Positions 62,874-64,000 of a stretch of 64,000 nt of DNA are shown here, piece by piece. Source of the DNA: Eledone cirrhosa (Eukaryota); NCBI GenBank assembly GCA_964016885.1, contig OZ024764.1, positions 12,338,001 through 12,402,000 on the forward strand. The letters run 5' to 3'. Position numbers and translations under genes: made by a program. A model generated the notes under the pieces. The model saw nothing but the letters and a program-made list of their open reading frames with translations, was not told the DNA's origin and searched no databases. The number at the start of each line of letters is the position of its first letter. Position 1 is the first letter of the stretch.

Positions 62874-64000
62874 TGTATGTATGTATGTATGTATGTATGT
62901 ATGTATGTCTGCCTGTATGTATGTATGTATGTATGTATGTATGTATGTATGTATGTATGTATGCCTGTATGTATGTATGTATGTATGTATGTATGTATGT
63001 ATGTATGTATGCCTGTATGCATGTATGTATGTATGTATGTATGTATGTATGTATGTATGTATGTATGTCTGCCTGTATGTATGTATGTATGTATGTATGT
63101 ATGTATGTATGTATGTATGTATGTATGTATGCCTGTATGCATGTATGTATGTATGTATGTATGTATGTATGTATGTCTGCCTGTATGTATGTATGTATGT
63201 ATGTATGTATGTATGTATGTATGTATGTATGTATGCATGTATGTATGTATGTATGTATGTATGTATGTATGTATGTATGTATGCATGTATGTCTGCCTGT
63301 ATGTATGTATGTATGTATGTATGTATGTATGTATGTCTGCCTGTATGTATGTATGTATGTATGTATGTATGTATGTATGTCTGCCTGTATGTATGTATGT
63401 ATGTATGTATGTATGTATGTATGTCTGCCTGTATGTATGTATGTATGTATGTATGTATGTATGTATGTATGTATGTATGTATGCATGTATGTATGTATGT
63501 ATGTATGTCTGCCTGTATGTATGTATGTATGTATGTATGTATGTATGTATGTATGTATGTATGTCTGCTTGTATGTATGTATGTATGTATGTATGTATGT
63601 ATGTATGTATGTATGTATGTATGTATGCATGTATGTATGTATGTATGTATGTATGTATGTATGTATGTATGTATGTATGTATGTATGTCTGCCTGTATGT
63701 ATGTATGTATGTATGTATGTATGTATGTATGTCTGCCTGTATGTATGTATGTATGTATGTATGTATGTATGTATGTATGTATGTATGTCTGCCTGTATGT
63801 ATGTATGTATGTATGTATGTATGTATGTATGTATGTATGCCTGTATGCATGTATGTATGTATGTATGTATGTATGTATGTATGTATGTATGTATGTCTGC
63901 CTGTATGTATGTATGTATGTATGTATGTATGTATGTATGTATGTATGTATGCATGTATGTATGTATGTATGTATGTATGCATGTATGTATGTATGTATGT
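62785..64000. repeat. (TATG)n tetranucleotide array with recurring TCTGCCTG and TGCA variants
   Basis: Directly visible; runs off the end of the window. Confidence 0.97.

Overview
Eukaryotic, extremely microsatellite-rich DNA. It is most likely a cephalopod (octopus-like) intergenic or intronic region; this is inferred from repeat content, not from a database match. No intact host gene is supported, and nearly all ORFs in the track are translations of (TA)n, (CA)n, (CT)n and trinucleotide repeats. Between the microsatellites are short islands: two tRNA-derived SINE families (some tandemly amplified), dead 3' fragments of RTE, Tx1/L1-like and CR1-like LINEs, Tc1/mariner-type MITEs, a Helitron-like end, several satellites, and CpG-rich islands with regulatory motifs (X-box, YY1, NRF1, ETS, AP-1/ARE). 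The most striking hidden signal is a set of type I hammerhead ribozyme motifs read by eye: three with complete cores (30354-30435 -, 42473-42529 +, 51210-51248 -), about five degenerate ones, and several 3' halves. They are linked to Penelope-like element (PLE) remnants, including a GIY-YIG-like C-terminal fragment, and to five unrelated families of asymmetric fold-back inserts sitting in (TA)n tracts.
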